Below are positions 31,599 through 41,157 of a stretch of DNA of 64,000 bases, piece by piece. The translations under genes were made by a program, and so were the position numbers. The stretch is from an uncultured Nitrospinota bacterium (lineage in GTDB: Bacteria > Tectomicrobia > Entotheonellia > J063 > CAVPRW01). Under the pieces are notes generated by a model. The model searched no databases. It was not told the DNA's origin and was given only the letters and a program-made list of their open reading frames with translations. The stretch lies in the NCBI GenBank assembly GCA_963707985.1, contig CAVPRW010000010.1, positions 240,303 through 304,302 on the forward strand, read 5' to 3'. Position 1 is the first letter of the stretch. Each line of letters opens with the position of its first letter.

Positions 31599-32402
31599 AT
31601 GGATTATCTGAATCGGCGGATGGCGCCGTTCGGCGAAGACATCTGGAAACGCATCGACGAGGCAGCTGCGAACGCGGCACGCGACCTATTGACCGGACGC
31701 CGATTTTTAGAAGTCGACGGCCCCTATGGCGTCGGCCTGACCTCGGTTGAGGTGGGGCATGATGATTTCTGTCGGCAGCCAACCCCTGAGGAAGCCGGCG
31801 CAGTTATGGGCCGGGCCATCTCGGTACCGATGCTACGCAAAGACCTCCGCCTCAGCATCCGCCGCGTGGCCGCTTTTAGCGATATGGGCCAGCCGCTCAA
31901 CCTCACGCCGGTGGAGGATGCGGGGGAAGCGGTGGCGCGGCGAGAGGAAGAGTTTATCTATTATGGCCAGGCCGACTTCCGTTTGCAGGGGTTACTGACG
32001 GCCGAGGGCCGGGCCCACCACGACGGAGGGGATTGGGGAAACATCGATCAGGCCCTGGAAGATGTCCTAGCGGCGGTCAACGCCCTGGATGCATGGAACT
32101 TTCGAGGCCCCTATGCCCTGGCCCTAGCACCTGCTCTCTATAATGGCCTGTTTCGACGCTATGCCGGCACCGATATGTTGCAGCTCGAGCACCTCCGTCG
32201 CCTCTGTCAGCGTGGGGTGTATAAAGCTGCCATCCAGGGCGGCGTGCTGGTTGACCCACGGGTCGGCAAGCTCATTATCGGCCAGGATCTTATGGCGGGC
32301 TATATCGGCCAGGACGGCGTGCATTACCAGTTATATGTGACCGAAAGCGTGGTACTGCGGCTGGATGAGCCACGAGCTATATGCACTATCACCACTCGGT
32401 AG
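31599..32402 (+). CDS. Family 1 encapsulin nanocompartment shell protein
   Basis: MDYLNRRMAPFGEDIWKRIDEAAANAARDLLTGRRFLEVDGPYG parallels T. maritima encapsulin N-terminus; 267 aa. Confidence 0.8.
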   Translation: MDYLNRRMAPFGEDIWKRIDEAAANAARDLLTGRRFLEVDGPYGVGLTSVEVGHDDFCRQPTPEEAGAVMGRAISVPMLRKDLRLSIRRVAAFSDMGQPLNLTPVEDAGEAVARREEEFIYYGQADFRLQGLLTAEGRAHHDGGDWGNIDQALEDVLAAVNALDAWNFRGPYALALAPALYNGLFRRYAGTDMLQLEHLRRLCQRGVYKAAIQGGVLVDPRVGKLIIGQDLMAGYIGQDGVHYQLYVTESVVLRLDEPRAICTITTR

Positions 32403-32589
32403 ATCACACCTCCCCCTGCACGACTGGAGATGCAGACAGAATAGTCCGGCACAACGCCGCCATGTTCCCCGTCACGTCAGACCCCTTGGCGAAGGGGTCG
32501 GGTGCCGACGATGACGTCACATCATCTCTCCCGCTCTCTGGTCCCCTCCCAGTGGGAGACCGAGAAAGACGCTGCTCAAGGGGAAATCC

Positions 32590-35500
32590 ATGACCATGTT
32601 CCGCATCCCGGTGTCAACATACCGCGTGCAACTCAACGGCGATCTTCGCTTCGCGGATGTCCAGGCGCTGGTACCGTACTTCCATCGCCTGGGCATCACT
32701 GACCTCTACACCTCACCGTTTCTGAAGGCGCGGCGTGGTAGTCGGCATGGCTACGATATCATTGACCACACGTCGGTCAACCCCGAGATCGGTAGCGACG
32801 AAGACCTGGCGGCGCTCACCGCAGCGCTTGCCGGTTATGGGATGGGACTCATCGCCGATGTGGTGCCCAATCATATGGGCATCGATGATGAAGCGAATCG
32901 CTGGTGGTGGGATGTGCTCGAAAACGGTCCCAGTTCGCCCTATGCGAAATTTTTCGATATCGATTGGGCGCCGCCCAAGGAAGGCCTGGCGAACAAGGTG
33001 CTGTTGCCGATTCTCGGCGATCAGTATGGCAAGGTCCTTGAAAATGGCGAGATACAGCTGCTCTTCGAGGCCGGAGCTTTCGTGATTGCCTACTATGAGC
33101 GGCGCTTCCCCGTCGCTCCACGATCCTCCATCGCTATCCTCGAACCCTCCTGTGAGCGGGTCCGCGTCCAGCTCGATGCTGGAGATCCACACCTGGTTGA
33201 GCTGGAGAGCATCATCACCTCCCTCAAGGTCCTACCCCCACGGACCGAAACCGATCTGGAACAGGTGCGCGTGCGCCTCCGGGAGAAAGAGGTCGCAAAG
33301 CGGCGTCTGTCGGCCTTAATCGAGACGAGCGATTCGGTGTGCCAAGCGATCGAGCAGACCGTCGCGGACATGAACGGCCGACGTGGCGAGCCGCACAGCT
33401 TCGACCAACTCGAGGCGCTGCTGGCCCATCAGGCGTATCGCCTCAGCTATTGGCGGGTGGCGACGGATGAGATAAACTATCGGCGGTTTTTCGACGTCAA
33501 CCATCTGGCGGCGATCCGAGTCGAGGAACCCGAAGTCTTCGAGGCCGTGCATGGAGTTGTTCTCCGATTGTTGGGCGCCGGCCAGGTGACTGGTCTGCGC
33601 ATCGACCATCCGGACGGGTTATTCGATCCTGCACAGTATTTTCTCGACCTGCAGGCCGCATGCCGCCGCAACCTGGCAAATTCACCAACCACCGCTGTTG
33701 AGCTGTCTGAGGGCACGACCGAACGCGCTTGTTACGTGGTCGTCGAGAAGATCCTCGTGCGTGATGAGCGGCTCCGCCCAGATTGGGCGGTGCATGGTAC
33801 GACGGGATACGAGTTCCTAAATCTGCTGAACGGCCTGTTCGTCGATTCTGCAGCTGAGCGCCATTTCCACCAGCTGTATGCACGCATGACCGGCCAGCCG
33901 TTTCGGTTTGGTGACACCGCCTACGAGAGTAAGAATCTCATTCTCGATTCGACAATGTCGGCTGAGCTGCATGTCCTCGCCCGCCGCCTTGACCGTATCT
34001 CGGAGCAACATCGTTGGTCACGGGACTTTACCCTGTTTAGCCTGCAGGAAGCCCTGGCGGAGGTAATCGCTTGCTTCCCGGTGTATCGCACCTACATATG
34101 CGGCGTCAAGAGCATGGTCGGAGATGAGGACCACCATTACATCCTTTCTGCCCTGCGCACCGCCAAACGCCGGAACCCTGCGGTGAGCGAATCCATCTTT
34201 GACTTCGTCGCCTCTGTCCTGCTGCTCCAGGACCCGGAAGGTATCAGTGAGGCGGACCGGGCCGCACGCCGCGACTTCGTGATGCGTTTCCAACAAATCA
34301 CTGGGCCGATCATGGCTAAAGGGATCGAGGACACCACCTTTTATCGCGTTTTTCCCCTCGCCTCACTCAACGAGGTAGGGGGGAATCCCGAGCGCTTCGG
34401 GCTGCCTATCGATGCGTTTCACCGGCAGAATGCCGAGCGGCTGGCCAACTGGCCGCACGCCCTGCTGACCACCTCCAGCCACGACACCAAGCGCAGCGAA
34501 GATGTGCGGGCGCGGATCAATGTACTCTCGGAAATGCCTCGCGACTGGGAGCGGGCCATCCAGCGCTGGCAATCGATGAATCGCGCCAAGAAGGTTGAAC
34601 TCGATGGTGCCGAGGTGCCCGATCCTCAGGAAGAGTACCTGCTCTATCAGACGCTCATCGGCGCCTGGCTGCTGCAACCGATAGACGAGGAAGCGGCTGG
34701 GCAATTCGTCCAGCGTATCGAGCGTTACATGCAGACGCTCATCGGCGCCTGGCCACTGCGACCGATGGACGAAGAGACGCATGAGCAATTCGTCCAGCGT
34801 ATCGAGCGCTACATGGAGAAGGCGCTCAAGGAAGCCAAGTTACATACAAGCTGGATCAACCCGAACGAAGCCTATGATCAGGCCGTCAGGCAATTCGTCC
34901 GCGAAATCCTCAGTCCCGATGACGACAACCGGTTCCTCGCCGATTTCCGACGCTTTCAGGCTCGTATAGCCCAGGCTGGCATGTGGAACTCCCTGTCACA
35001 GACGCTTCTCAAGATCACTTCGCCAGGTGTGCCCGACTTTTTTCAGGGAACCGAGCTTTGGGACTTTAGCCTTGTCGATCCGGATAATCGCCGTCCGGTG
35101 GATTTTCGCAGACGTGTGACTATGCTCGATGAACTTCAACAGCGGGAGTCGAAGGACCTCATCTCGTTAGTCCGCGAACTCGTCGCCCGGCACACCGATG
35201 GGCGCATCAAGCTCTATATCACATATAAAGCGCTAAATTTCCGCCGTGCGCACCGGGATCTCTTCGAGCAGGGAGACTACCATCCTCTGACGGTCTCTGG
35301 TGCGAAGGAGGATCATGTGCTGGCCTTTGTGCGGCATCTAGGGAGTTGCTGGGCGCTGGTGGCGGTTCCTCGGTTCCTGGTCAAACTTTCTCCCTCTGCC
35401 CTGCCCCCATTGGGCAAACGGCTCTGGAAAGAGACCGTGCTTCATCTCCCCGAGGGAGTCCCGACTGGTTGGCAGAATGTCTTCACTGGCGAGGCCCTCG

Positions 35501-35595
35501 CCGTCTTCGATGGCAACTCGACCGAGCGAGGGCTCTTGGCGCACGAGGTGTTTCACCGTTTGCCTGTCGCTTTGCTGGTGGGCTCGTCGAGTTGA
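32590..35595 (+). CDS. treY: Malto-oligosyltrehalose synthase TreY
   Basis: STYRVQLNGDLRFADVQALVPYFHRLGITDLYTSPFLKARRGSRHGYDIIDH; about 1000 aa GH13. Confidence 0.9.
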   Translation: MTMFRIPVSTYRVQLNGDLRFADVQALVPYFHRLGITDLYTSPFLKARRGSRHGYDIIDHTSVNPEIGSDEDLAALTAALAGYGMGLIADVVPNHMGIDDEANRWWWDVLENGPSSPYAKFFDIDWAPPKEGLANKVLLPILGDQYGKVLENGEIQLLFEAGAFVIAYYERRFPVAPRSSIAILEPSCERVRVQLDAGDPHLVELESIITSLKVLPPRTETDLEQVRVRLREKEVAKRRLSALIETSDSVCQAIEQTVADMNGRRGEPHSFDQLEALLAHQAYRLSYWRVATDEINYRRFFDVNHLAAIRVEEPEVFEAVHGVVLRLLGAGQVTGLRIDHPDGLFDPAQYFLDLQAACRRNLANSPTTAVELSEGTTERACYVVVEKILVRDERLRPDWAVHGTTGYEFLNLLNGLFVDSAAERHFHQLYARMTGQPFRFGDTAYESKNLILDSTMSAELHVLARRLDRISEQHRWSRDFTLFSLQEALAEVIACFPVYRTYICGVKSMVGDEDHHYILSALRTAKRRNPAVSESIFDFVASVLLLQDPEGISEADRAARRDFVMRFQQITGPIMAKGIEDTTFYRVFPLASLNEVGGNPERFGLPIDAFHRQNAERLANWPHALLTTSSHDTKRSEDVRARINVLSEMPRDWERAIQRWQSMNRAKKVELDGAEVPDPQEEYLLYQTLIGAWLLQPIDEEAAGQFVQRIERYMQTLIGAWPLRPMDEETHEQFVQRIERYMEKALKEAKLHTSWINPNEAYDQAVRQFVREILSPDDDNRFLADFRRFQARIAQAGMWNSLSQTLLKITSPGVPDFFQGTELWDFSLVDPDNRRPVDFRRRVTMLDELQQRESKDLISLVRELVARHTDGRIKLYITYKALNFRRAHRDLFEQGDYHPLTVSGAKEDHVLAFVRHLGSCWALVAVPRFLVKLSPSALPPLGKRLWKETVLHLPEGVPTGWQNVFTGEALAVFDGNSTERGLLAHEVFHRLPVALLVGSSS
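34648..34815 (+). repeat. In-frame tandem duplication, 2 x 84 bp (about 88% identical), inside treY encoding QTLIGAWLLQPIDEEAAGQFVQRIERYM twice
   Basis: cagacgctcatcggcgcctgg...cgttacatg repeated head-to-tail at 34648-34731 and 34732-34815. Confidence 0.8.
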
Positions 35596-35679
35596 CAATC
35601 CCTCGATGAATCCATAACACTTAAAGGGTCCCCTGGACACACTGTCCATGTCATCTCCACGCCTGAAGGAGTATGTGTG

Positions 35680-37674
35680 ATGCTGGAATCAGAGGGCCGC
35701 AGACGGGTCGTCATCGAAGGGGTCACACCGGCGGTCGACGGCGGCCGCTTCCCCATCAAACGGGTCTGTGGCGAAACGGTCAGCGTCGAGGCCGATGCTT
35801 TCTGCGATGGCCACGACGTCCTGAGCTGCGTCCTGCGCTTTCGTCAGGCGGACTCAGCTGAGTGGGACGAAGCTCCCATGGCAGCCCTCGGCAACGACCG
35901 CTGGGGCGGGATGTTCACAGTGTCGCGAACCGGCATCTATCACTACACGGTCATGGCCTGGATCGATCGTTTCACGACCTGGTGGCACGCCCTGGCCAAG
36001 AAGGTCGAGGCCGCTCAGGACGTGGCGATCGACCTACTCATCGGTGCGGAGCTTGTACAACGGGCCAGCATGCGGGCGTCTGGTGCAGCAGCCCAACAGC
36101 TCAGGGCGTGGGCCACCATGATGCAGGACGATCGCCGTCCAGTCGAGGAACGGGAGCAGATCGCCTTCGATGAGGCTCTGCAGCTTGCCATGCAGGAATA
36201 CCCCGAAAGGGCCTTAGCGACCACGTACAGCCCAGAGCTCACCGTGGTGGTCGACCGCCACAAGGCCCGCTTCAGCGCCTGGTATGAGATGTTTCCACGT
36301 TCCTGTGCGTCCTCCCCAGGGCAACATGGCACCTTCAAAGATTGTGAAGCACAACTGCCCTACGTCGCCGCGATGGGCTTCGATGTGATCTACTTACCTC
36401 CCATCCATCCCATTGGCGTCACCCATCGTAAGGGGCGAAACAACACCACCGCTACCGGCCCCAATGATCCGGGGAGCCCATGGGCGATTGGCTCCCCACA
36501 GGGGGGTCACCAGGCCATTCATCCGCAGCTCGGCACGTTGGAGGACTTTCGTCGCTTCCTCGCCAAGACGCGAGAGCGTGACATCGACGTGGCGCTGGAT
36601 CTCGCCTTCCAATGCTCTCCTGACCATCCGTATGTGTCGCAACATCCCGAATGGTTTCGGCAGCGCCCTGATGGCACTGTGCAATACGCCGAGAATCCGC
36701 CCAAGCAGTATCAAGATATCTACCCACTAGAGTTTGAAACCGATCATTGGCAGGCACTCTGGGATGAGTTGAAAAGCGTTGTCCTGTTTTGGGTCGAGCA
36801 GGGCGTACGCATCTTCCGCGTCGACAACCCACACACCAAGCCCTTCCGTTTCTGGGAATGGCTCATTCGCGAAGTGAAGCAGGCATACCCCGACGTGCTC
36901 TTCCTGGCCGAAGCCTTCACTCGCCCAAAGGTGATGTATAACCTTGCCAAACGGGGGTTCACGCAATCGTACACCTATTTTGCCTGGCGCAATTCCAAGG
37001 AAGAAATCATCGAGTATTTTACCACTCTCACCCACACCGAAGTGCGGGAATTTTTTCGCCCCAACCTGTGGCCGAACACTCCGGACATCCTCACCGAATA
37101 CTTACAATTCGGTGGGCGACCAGCGTTCATGGCACGGTTGGTGCTGGCGGCCACGCTCGGGGCAAGTTATGGTATCTACGGTCCCGCCTTCGAGCTCTGC
37201 GAGAATCGCCCTCGCGAGCCCGGTAGCGAGGAGTATCTCAACTCCGAAAAATATGAAATCAAGGTGTGGGATCGTGATCGTCCGGATAGCCTCAAAGACT
37301 TCATCGCCCGCGTCAACCGCATCCGGTGTGAGAACCCCGCCCTACACAGCGACCGGGGTTTGCACTTTCACGCCGTCACCAACGACCAACTTCTGTGTTA
37401 CAGTAAGCATGGCGAGGATCCTACGGACGTCATTCTCGTCGTCGTCAACCTCGACCCTCATCATACCCAGTCGGGCTGGATAGAATTGTCACCGGAAGCC
37501 CTCGATGTCGTCCGTGAGCGCCATTACCAGGTTCATGACTTGCTCAGTGACAGTCGGTATCTGTGGCAGGGGCAACGTAATTTCGTTGAACTGAACCCCA
37601 ACGTCGTACCGGCGCATATTTTCCGGCTACGTCGGCGCGTCCGCACTGAGCGTGATTTTGAGTATTATCTGTAA
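35680..37674 (+). CDS. glgE: alpha-1,4-glucan:maltose-1-phosphate maltosyltransferase GlgE
   Basis: VIEGVTPAVDGGRFPIKRVCGETVSVEADAFCDGHD... GlgE N-terminus; GH13_3; GAAGGAG SD. Confidence 0.9.
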   Translation: MLESEGRRRVVIEGVTPAVDGGRFPIKRVCGETVSVEADAFCDGHDVLSCVLRFRQADSAEWDEAPMAALGNDRWGGMFTVSRTGIYHYTVMAWIDRFTTWWHALAKKVEAAQDVAIDLLIGAELVQRASMRASGAAAQQLRAWATMMQDDRRPVEEREQIAFDEALQLAMQEYPERALATTYSPELTVVVDRHKARFSAWYEMFPRSCASSPGQHGTFKDCEAQLPYVAAMGFDVIYLPPIHPIGVTHRKGRNNTTATGPNDPGSPWAIGSPQGGHQAIHPQLGTLEDFRRFLAKTRERDIDVALDLAFQCSPDHPYVSQHPEWFRQRPDGTVQYAENPPKQYQDIYPLEFETDHWQALWDELKSVVLFWVEQGVRIFRVDNPHTKPFRFWEWLIREVKQAYPDVLFLAEAFTRPKVMYNLAKRGFTQSYTYFAWRNSKEEIIEYFTTLTHTEVREFFRPNLWPNTPDILTEYLQFGGRPAFMARLVLAATLGASYGIYGPAFELCENRPREPGSEEYLNSEKYEIKVWDRDRPDSLKDFIARVNRIRCENPALHSDRGLHFHAVTNDQLLCYSKHGEDPTDVILVVVNLDPHHTQSGWIELSPEALDVVRERHYQVHDLLSDSRYLWQGQRNFVELNPNVVPAHIFRLRRRVRTERDFEYYL

Positions 37675-37693
37675 CCTGTGAAGGAAGGAGTGT

Positions 37694-40600
37694 ATGCGCC
37701 ACCCCCAGGAATCTTTCATGTTAGCGGACGATCCCTTGTGGTACAAGGATGCCGTCATCTATGAGCTCCACCCGCGTGCTTTCTTCGATAGCAATGGCGA
37801 CGGGATTGGCGACTTCGAGGGGCTAGCGCAGAAGCTCGACTACCTCCAGGATCTCGGAGTCACGGCGATCTGGTTGCTGCCATTCTATCCCTCCCCCTTG
37901 AAAGACGACGGCTACGACATCGCAGACTATACCGATGTGCATCCATCCTACGGCACCTTGAACGACTTCAGAGAGTTTCTGCGCGAGGCGCATGCGCGGG
38001 GCTTACGTATCATCACCGAGCTGATCGTCAATCACACCTCCGACCAGCACCCCTGGTTCCAGCGCGCTCGTCGTGCCAAAGCCGGCAGTCGCTGGCGCAA
38101 TTTCTACGTATGGAGCGATACGCCGGAAGAATACAAGGACGCGCGCATCATTTTCAAGGATTTCGAACCCTCTAATTGGGCCTGGGACTCCGTCGCCAAG
38201 GCCTATTACTGGCACCGCTTCTACGCTCATCAGCCCGACCTCAACTACGATAACCCTGAAGTCCGGCGTGCCATCCTGCATGTGGTCGATTTCTGGCTCA
38301 ACATGGGGATCGACGGCCTGCGTCTCGACGCCGTGCCCTATCTCTACGAGCGCGATGGGACGAACTGCGAGAATCTCGCCGAGACACACGCCTTCTTGAA
38401 GGCGCTGCGGCAACATGTGGACCGTAAATTTAAGAATCGTATGCTGTTGGCCGAGGCCAACCAATGGCCGGAAGACGCCGTCGCCTACTTGGGAGATGGG
38501 GATGAATGCCACATGGCCTTTCACTTCCCGAGTATGCCACGGCTGTTTATGGCCATCCGCATGGAAAGCCGCTTTCCTATCATCGACATTCTGACCCAAA
38601 CCCCGACCATCCCGGACACCTGTCAATGGGCGCTCTTCTTGCGCAATCACGATGAGCTGACGCTGGAGATGGTGACCGATGAGGAACGTGACTACATGTA
38701 CCGGGTGTATGCTCACGATCCCCATGCGCGTATCAACCTGGGGATTCGGCGTCGATTGGCGCCGCTGTTGGGCAATGATCGTCGACGCATCGAGCTGATG
38801 AACGCGTTGCTGTTCGCCTTGCCGGGTACTCCGGTGATATACTACGGCGATGAACTGCGCATGGGCGACAATTTTTACCTGGGCGATCGCAATGGCGTGC
38901 GCACTCCTATGCAGTGGAGCGCCGATCGCAACGCCGGCTTCTCCCGTGCCAATCCGCAACGGTTATACCTGCCGATCATAATCGACCCGGAATATCACTA
39001 CGAGGCGGTCAATGTTGAGGCCCAGCAGAACAATCCCCATTCGCTGCTGTGGTGGATGAAGCGTTTGATTGCCCTGCGCAAACGCTTCAAGGCATTTGGG
39101 CGCGGCACTTTAGAGTTCTTACATCCGGACAATCACAAAGTCCTGGCGTTCGTGCGGCGATATCAGGACGAGTGTGTGTTGGTGCTCGCCAATTTGTCGC
39201 GCTTTGTGCAAGGTGTCGAATTAGACCTGGCTCCATATAAAGGTCTGGTGCCGGTCGAGATCTTCGGACGTACCGAATTCCCGATAGTGGGCGAGGCGCC
39301 CTATTTCGTCACCATCGGTCCCCATGCGTTCTATTGGTTTGCTCTCGAGCCCCAGCGTCTCCCGGCAATAGCGCTGACGCCTCAGGAGGTGCGGCTGCCC
39401 ATGCTGCAGATCACCGGTGCGTTGGAAAGTCTCTTTATTGGAGAGAGCAAGGTGGCGCTGGAGGCCATTTTGCCCACTTACCTCAAAGAGCGCCGCTGGT
39501 TTGGTGGCAAGGCCAGAAAGATGAAATCGGTGCAGCTGCTGGAGGCGATCCCGGTACCTTTAGAGCCCGCAGAAGCTTATATCACGCTGGTGCAGGTCGA
39601 TTACGCCGAAGGTGACCCCGACCTCTATGTGCTGCCGCTCACTGCCGCCTTCGGCGAGGACGCGGAGCGCATGCGAGAAGGCTTCCCCCATCCCTTACTG
39701 GCTAATCTGCAAGTGACCGGGAGAAGTGGGCACCCGCCGGAGGTAGGGATTCTCTACGATGCCCTCTACGAAAAAAGCTTCAGTTCGCTCTTGCTGGACC
39801 TTATCTTGCGGCACCGCCGACTGCGTGGCATCAACGGTGATATCCAGGCCTCTTCAACACACGCCTTGCGTCACTTGTCTCATGACCCGGCAGTGCCACT
39901 CGACCCGAGCGTGATGAAGGTGGAGCAAAGTAATACCTCCGTGGTCTATGGGGGACAGGTGATCCTCAAAATGTTCAGACGCACCGATGAAGGGGTCAAT
40001 CCCGAACTCGAGATCGGACGGTTTTTGACGGAGACAGCGAAATTTGGCAATGTCCCTCTGGTGGTTGGCGCCATTGAATATCGGCGCAAGGGTGAGGCAT
40101 CGATGTCCCTGGGGATCCTGCAACAATTTGTGCCAAACGTCGGGGATGCCTGGAACTACACTCTCGATAGTCTTAGCCACTACTTCGAGCGTGCCTTGGC
40201 ACAGCCAGAGGCTCAAGTCCCAGGGACCACACAACCTCCCGTGCTTGACCTCTTGAACAATGAGATTCCAGTGATAGCCCGAGAACTGATCGATGCCTAT
40301 CTGGAATCAGCTCGTCTGCTTGGGCAACGCACGGCCGAGTTGCATAAGGCGCTGGCCTCGTCGACTGATGACCCGAGTTTTGCGCCAGAGCCTTTTTCGA
40401 TGCTCCTCCAGCGCTCCATCTATCAATCCATGCAAAGTCACGTGAGTCAAGTCTTCCCATGGCTCCGCGCCCGCCTCAAGCAACTATCCGACGGCCTGCG
40501 AGAGGACGCCCAGCGGGTCCTCGACCTGGAAGGAGAAATTCGCCGCCGCTACCGCTCCCTGCTGCAACGCAAGCTCAACACCATGCGCATACGTGTGCAC

Positions 40601-41050
40601 GGCGACTATCATCTGGGGCAAGTGCTCTATACAGGCAGGGATTTCGTCATCATCGACTTCGAAGGAGAGCCCGCCCGGCCGTTGAGTGAACGTCGCATCA
40701 AGCGCTCACCGCTGCGCGACGTGGCGGGAATGCTGCGGTCGTTTCACTACGCTTCCTACATGGCCCTCTTCGGCCAGGTCCGCGGTATTCGCCCAGAGGA
40801 CTTTCCGGCCCTCGAGCCATGGGCGCATTTCTGGTATACCTGGGTCAGTGTCGCCTTTCTCAAAGCCTATCTCGCGGTCGCGAAGGATGAGCCCTTCTTG
40901 CCCAAAGATCCCATTGAGCTTCAGGTGCTGATGGATGCCTATCTGCTGGCGAAGGCCGTGTACGAGTTGGGGTATGAGCTCAACACCCGTCCAGAATGGC
41001 TGAAAGTCCCCCTGCAAGGGCTTTTACAGCTAGTGGTGGCTGCCCGATGA
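37694..41050 (+). CDS. treS: Trehalose synthase fused to maltokinase (TreS-Pep2/Mak fusion)
   Basis: N-terminal GH13 TreS (WYKDAVIYELHPRAFFDSNGDGIGD...) plus C-terminal kinase (GDYHLGQVLYTGRDFVIIDFEGEP); 1118 aa. Confidence 0.85.
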   Translation: MRHPQESFMLADDPLWYKDAVIYELHPRAFFDSNGDGIGDFEGLAQKLDYLQDLGVTAIWLLPFYPSPLKDDGYDIADYTDVHPSYGTLNDFREFLREAHARGLRIITELIVNHTSDQHPWFQRARRAKAGSRWRNFYVWSDTPEEYKDARIIFKDFEPSNWAWDSVAKAYYWHRFYAHQPDLNYDNPEVRRAILHVVDFWLNMGIDGLRLDAVPYLYERDGTNCENLAETHAFLKALRQHVDRKFKNRMLLAEANQWPEDAVAYLGDGDECHMAFHFPSMPRLFMAIRMESRFPIIDILTQTPTIPDTCQWALFLRNHDELTLEMVTDEERDYMYRVYAHDPHARINLGIRRRLAPLLGNDRRRIELMNALLFALPGTPVIYYGDELRMGDNFYLGDRNGVRTPMQWSADRNAGFSRANPQRLYLPIIIDPEYHYEAVNVEAQQNNPHSLLWWMKRLIALRKRFKAFGRGTLEFLHPDNHKVLAFVRRYQDECVLVLANLSRFVQGVELDLAPYKGLVPVEIFGRTEFPIVGEAPYFVTIGPHAFYWFALEPQRLPAIALTPQEVRLPMLQITGALESLFIGESKVALEAILPTYLKERRWFGGKARKMKSVQLLEAIPVPLEPAEAYITLVQVDYAEGDPDLYVLPLTAAFGEDAERMREGFPHPLLANLQVTGRSGHPPEVGILYDALYEKSFSSLLLDLILRHRRLRGINGDIQASSTHALRHLSHDPAVPLDPSVMKVEQSNTSVVYGGQVILKMFRRTDEGVNPELEIGRFLTETAKFGNVPLVVGAIEYRRKGEASMSLGILQQFVPNVGDAWNYTLDSLSHYFERALAQPEAQVPGTTQPPVLDLLNNEIPVIARELIDAYLESARLLGQRTAELHKALASSTDDPSFAPEPFSMLLQRSIYQSMQSHVSQVFPWLRARLKQLSDGLREDAQRVLDLEGEIRRRYRSLLQRKLNTMRIRVHGDYHLGQVLYTGRDFVIIDFEGEPARPLSERRIKRSPLRDVAGMLRSFHYASYMALFGQVRGIRPEDFPALEPWAHFWYTWVSVAFLKAYLAVAKDEPFLPKDPIELQVLMDAYLLAKAVYELGYELNTRPEWLKVPLQGLLQLVVAAR

Positions 41051-41157
41051 GTGGGGATTTCCTTGGGACATTGTCGCTCGCAGGGGGCATGAAGGGATGT
41101 GCTGAAAGCTGCTCCGCTGTGCGATGCAGGTTCATAGATGTTAGCGCCTGGCGGCAG

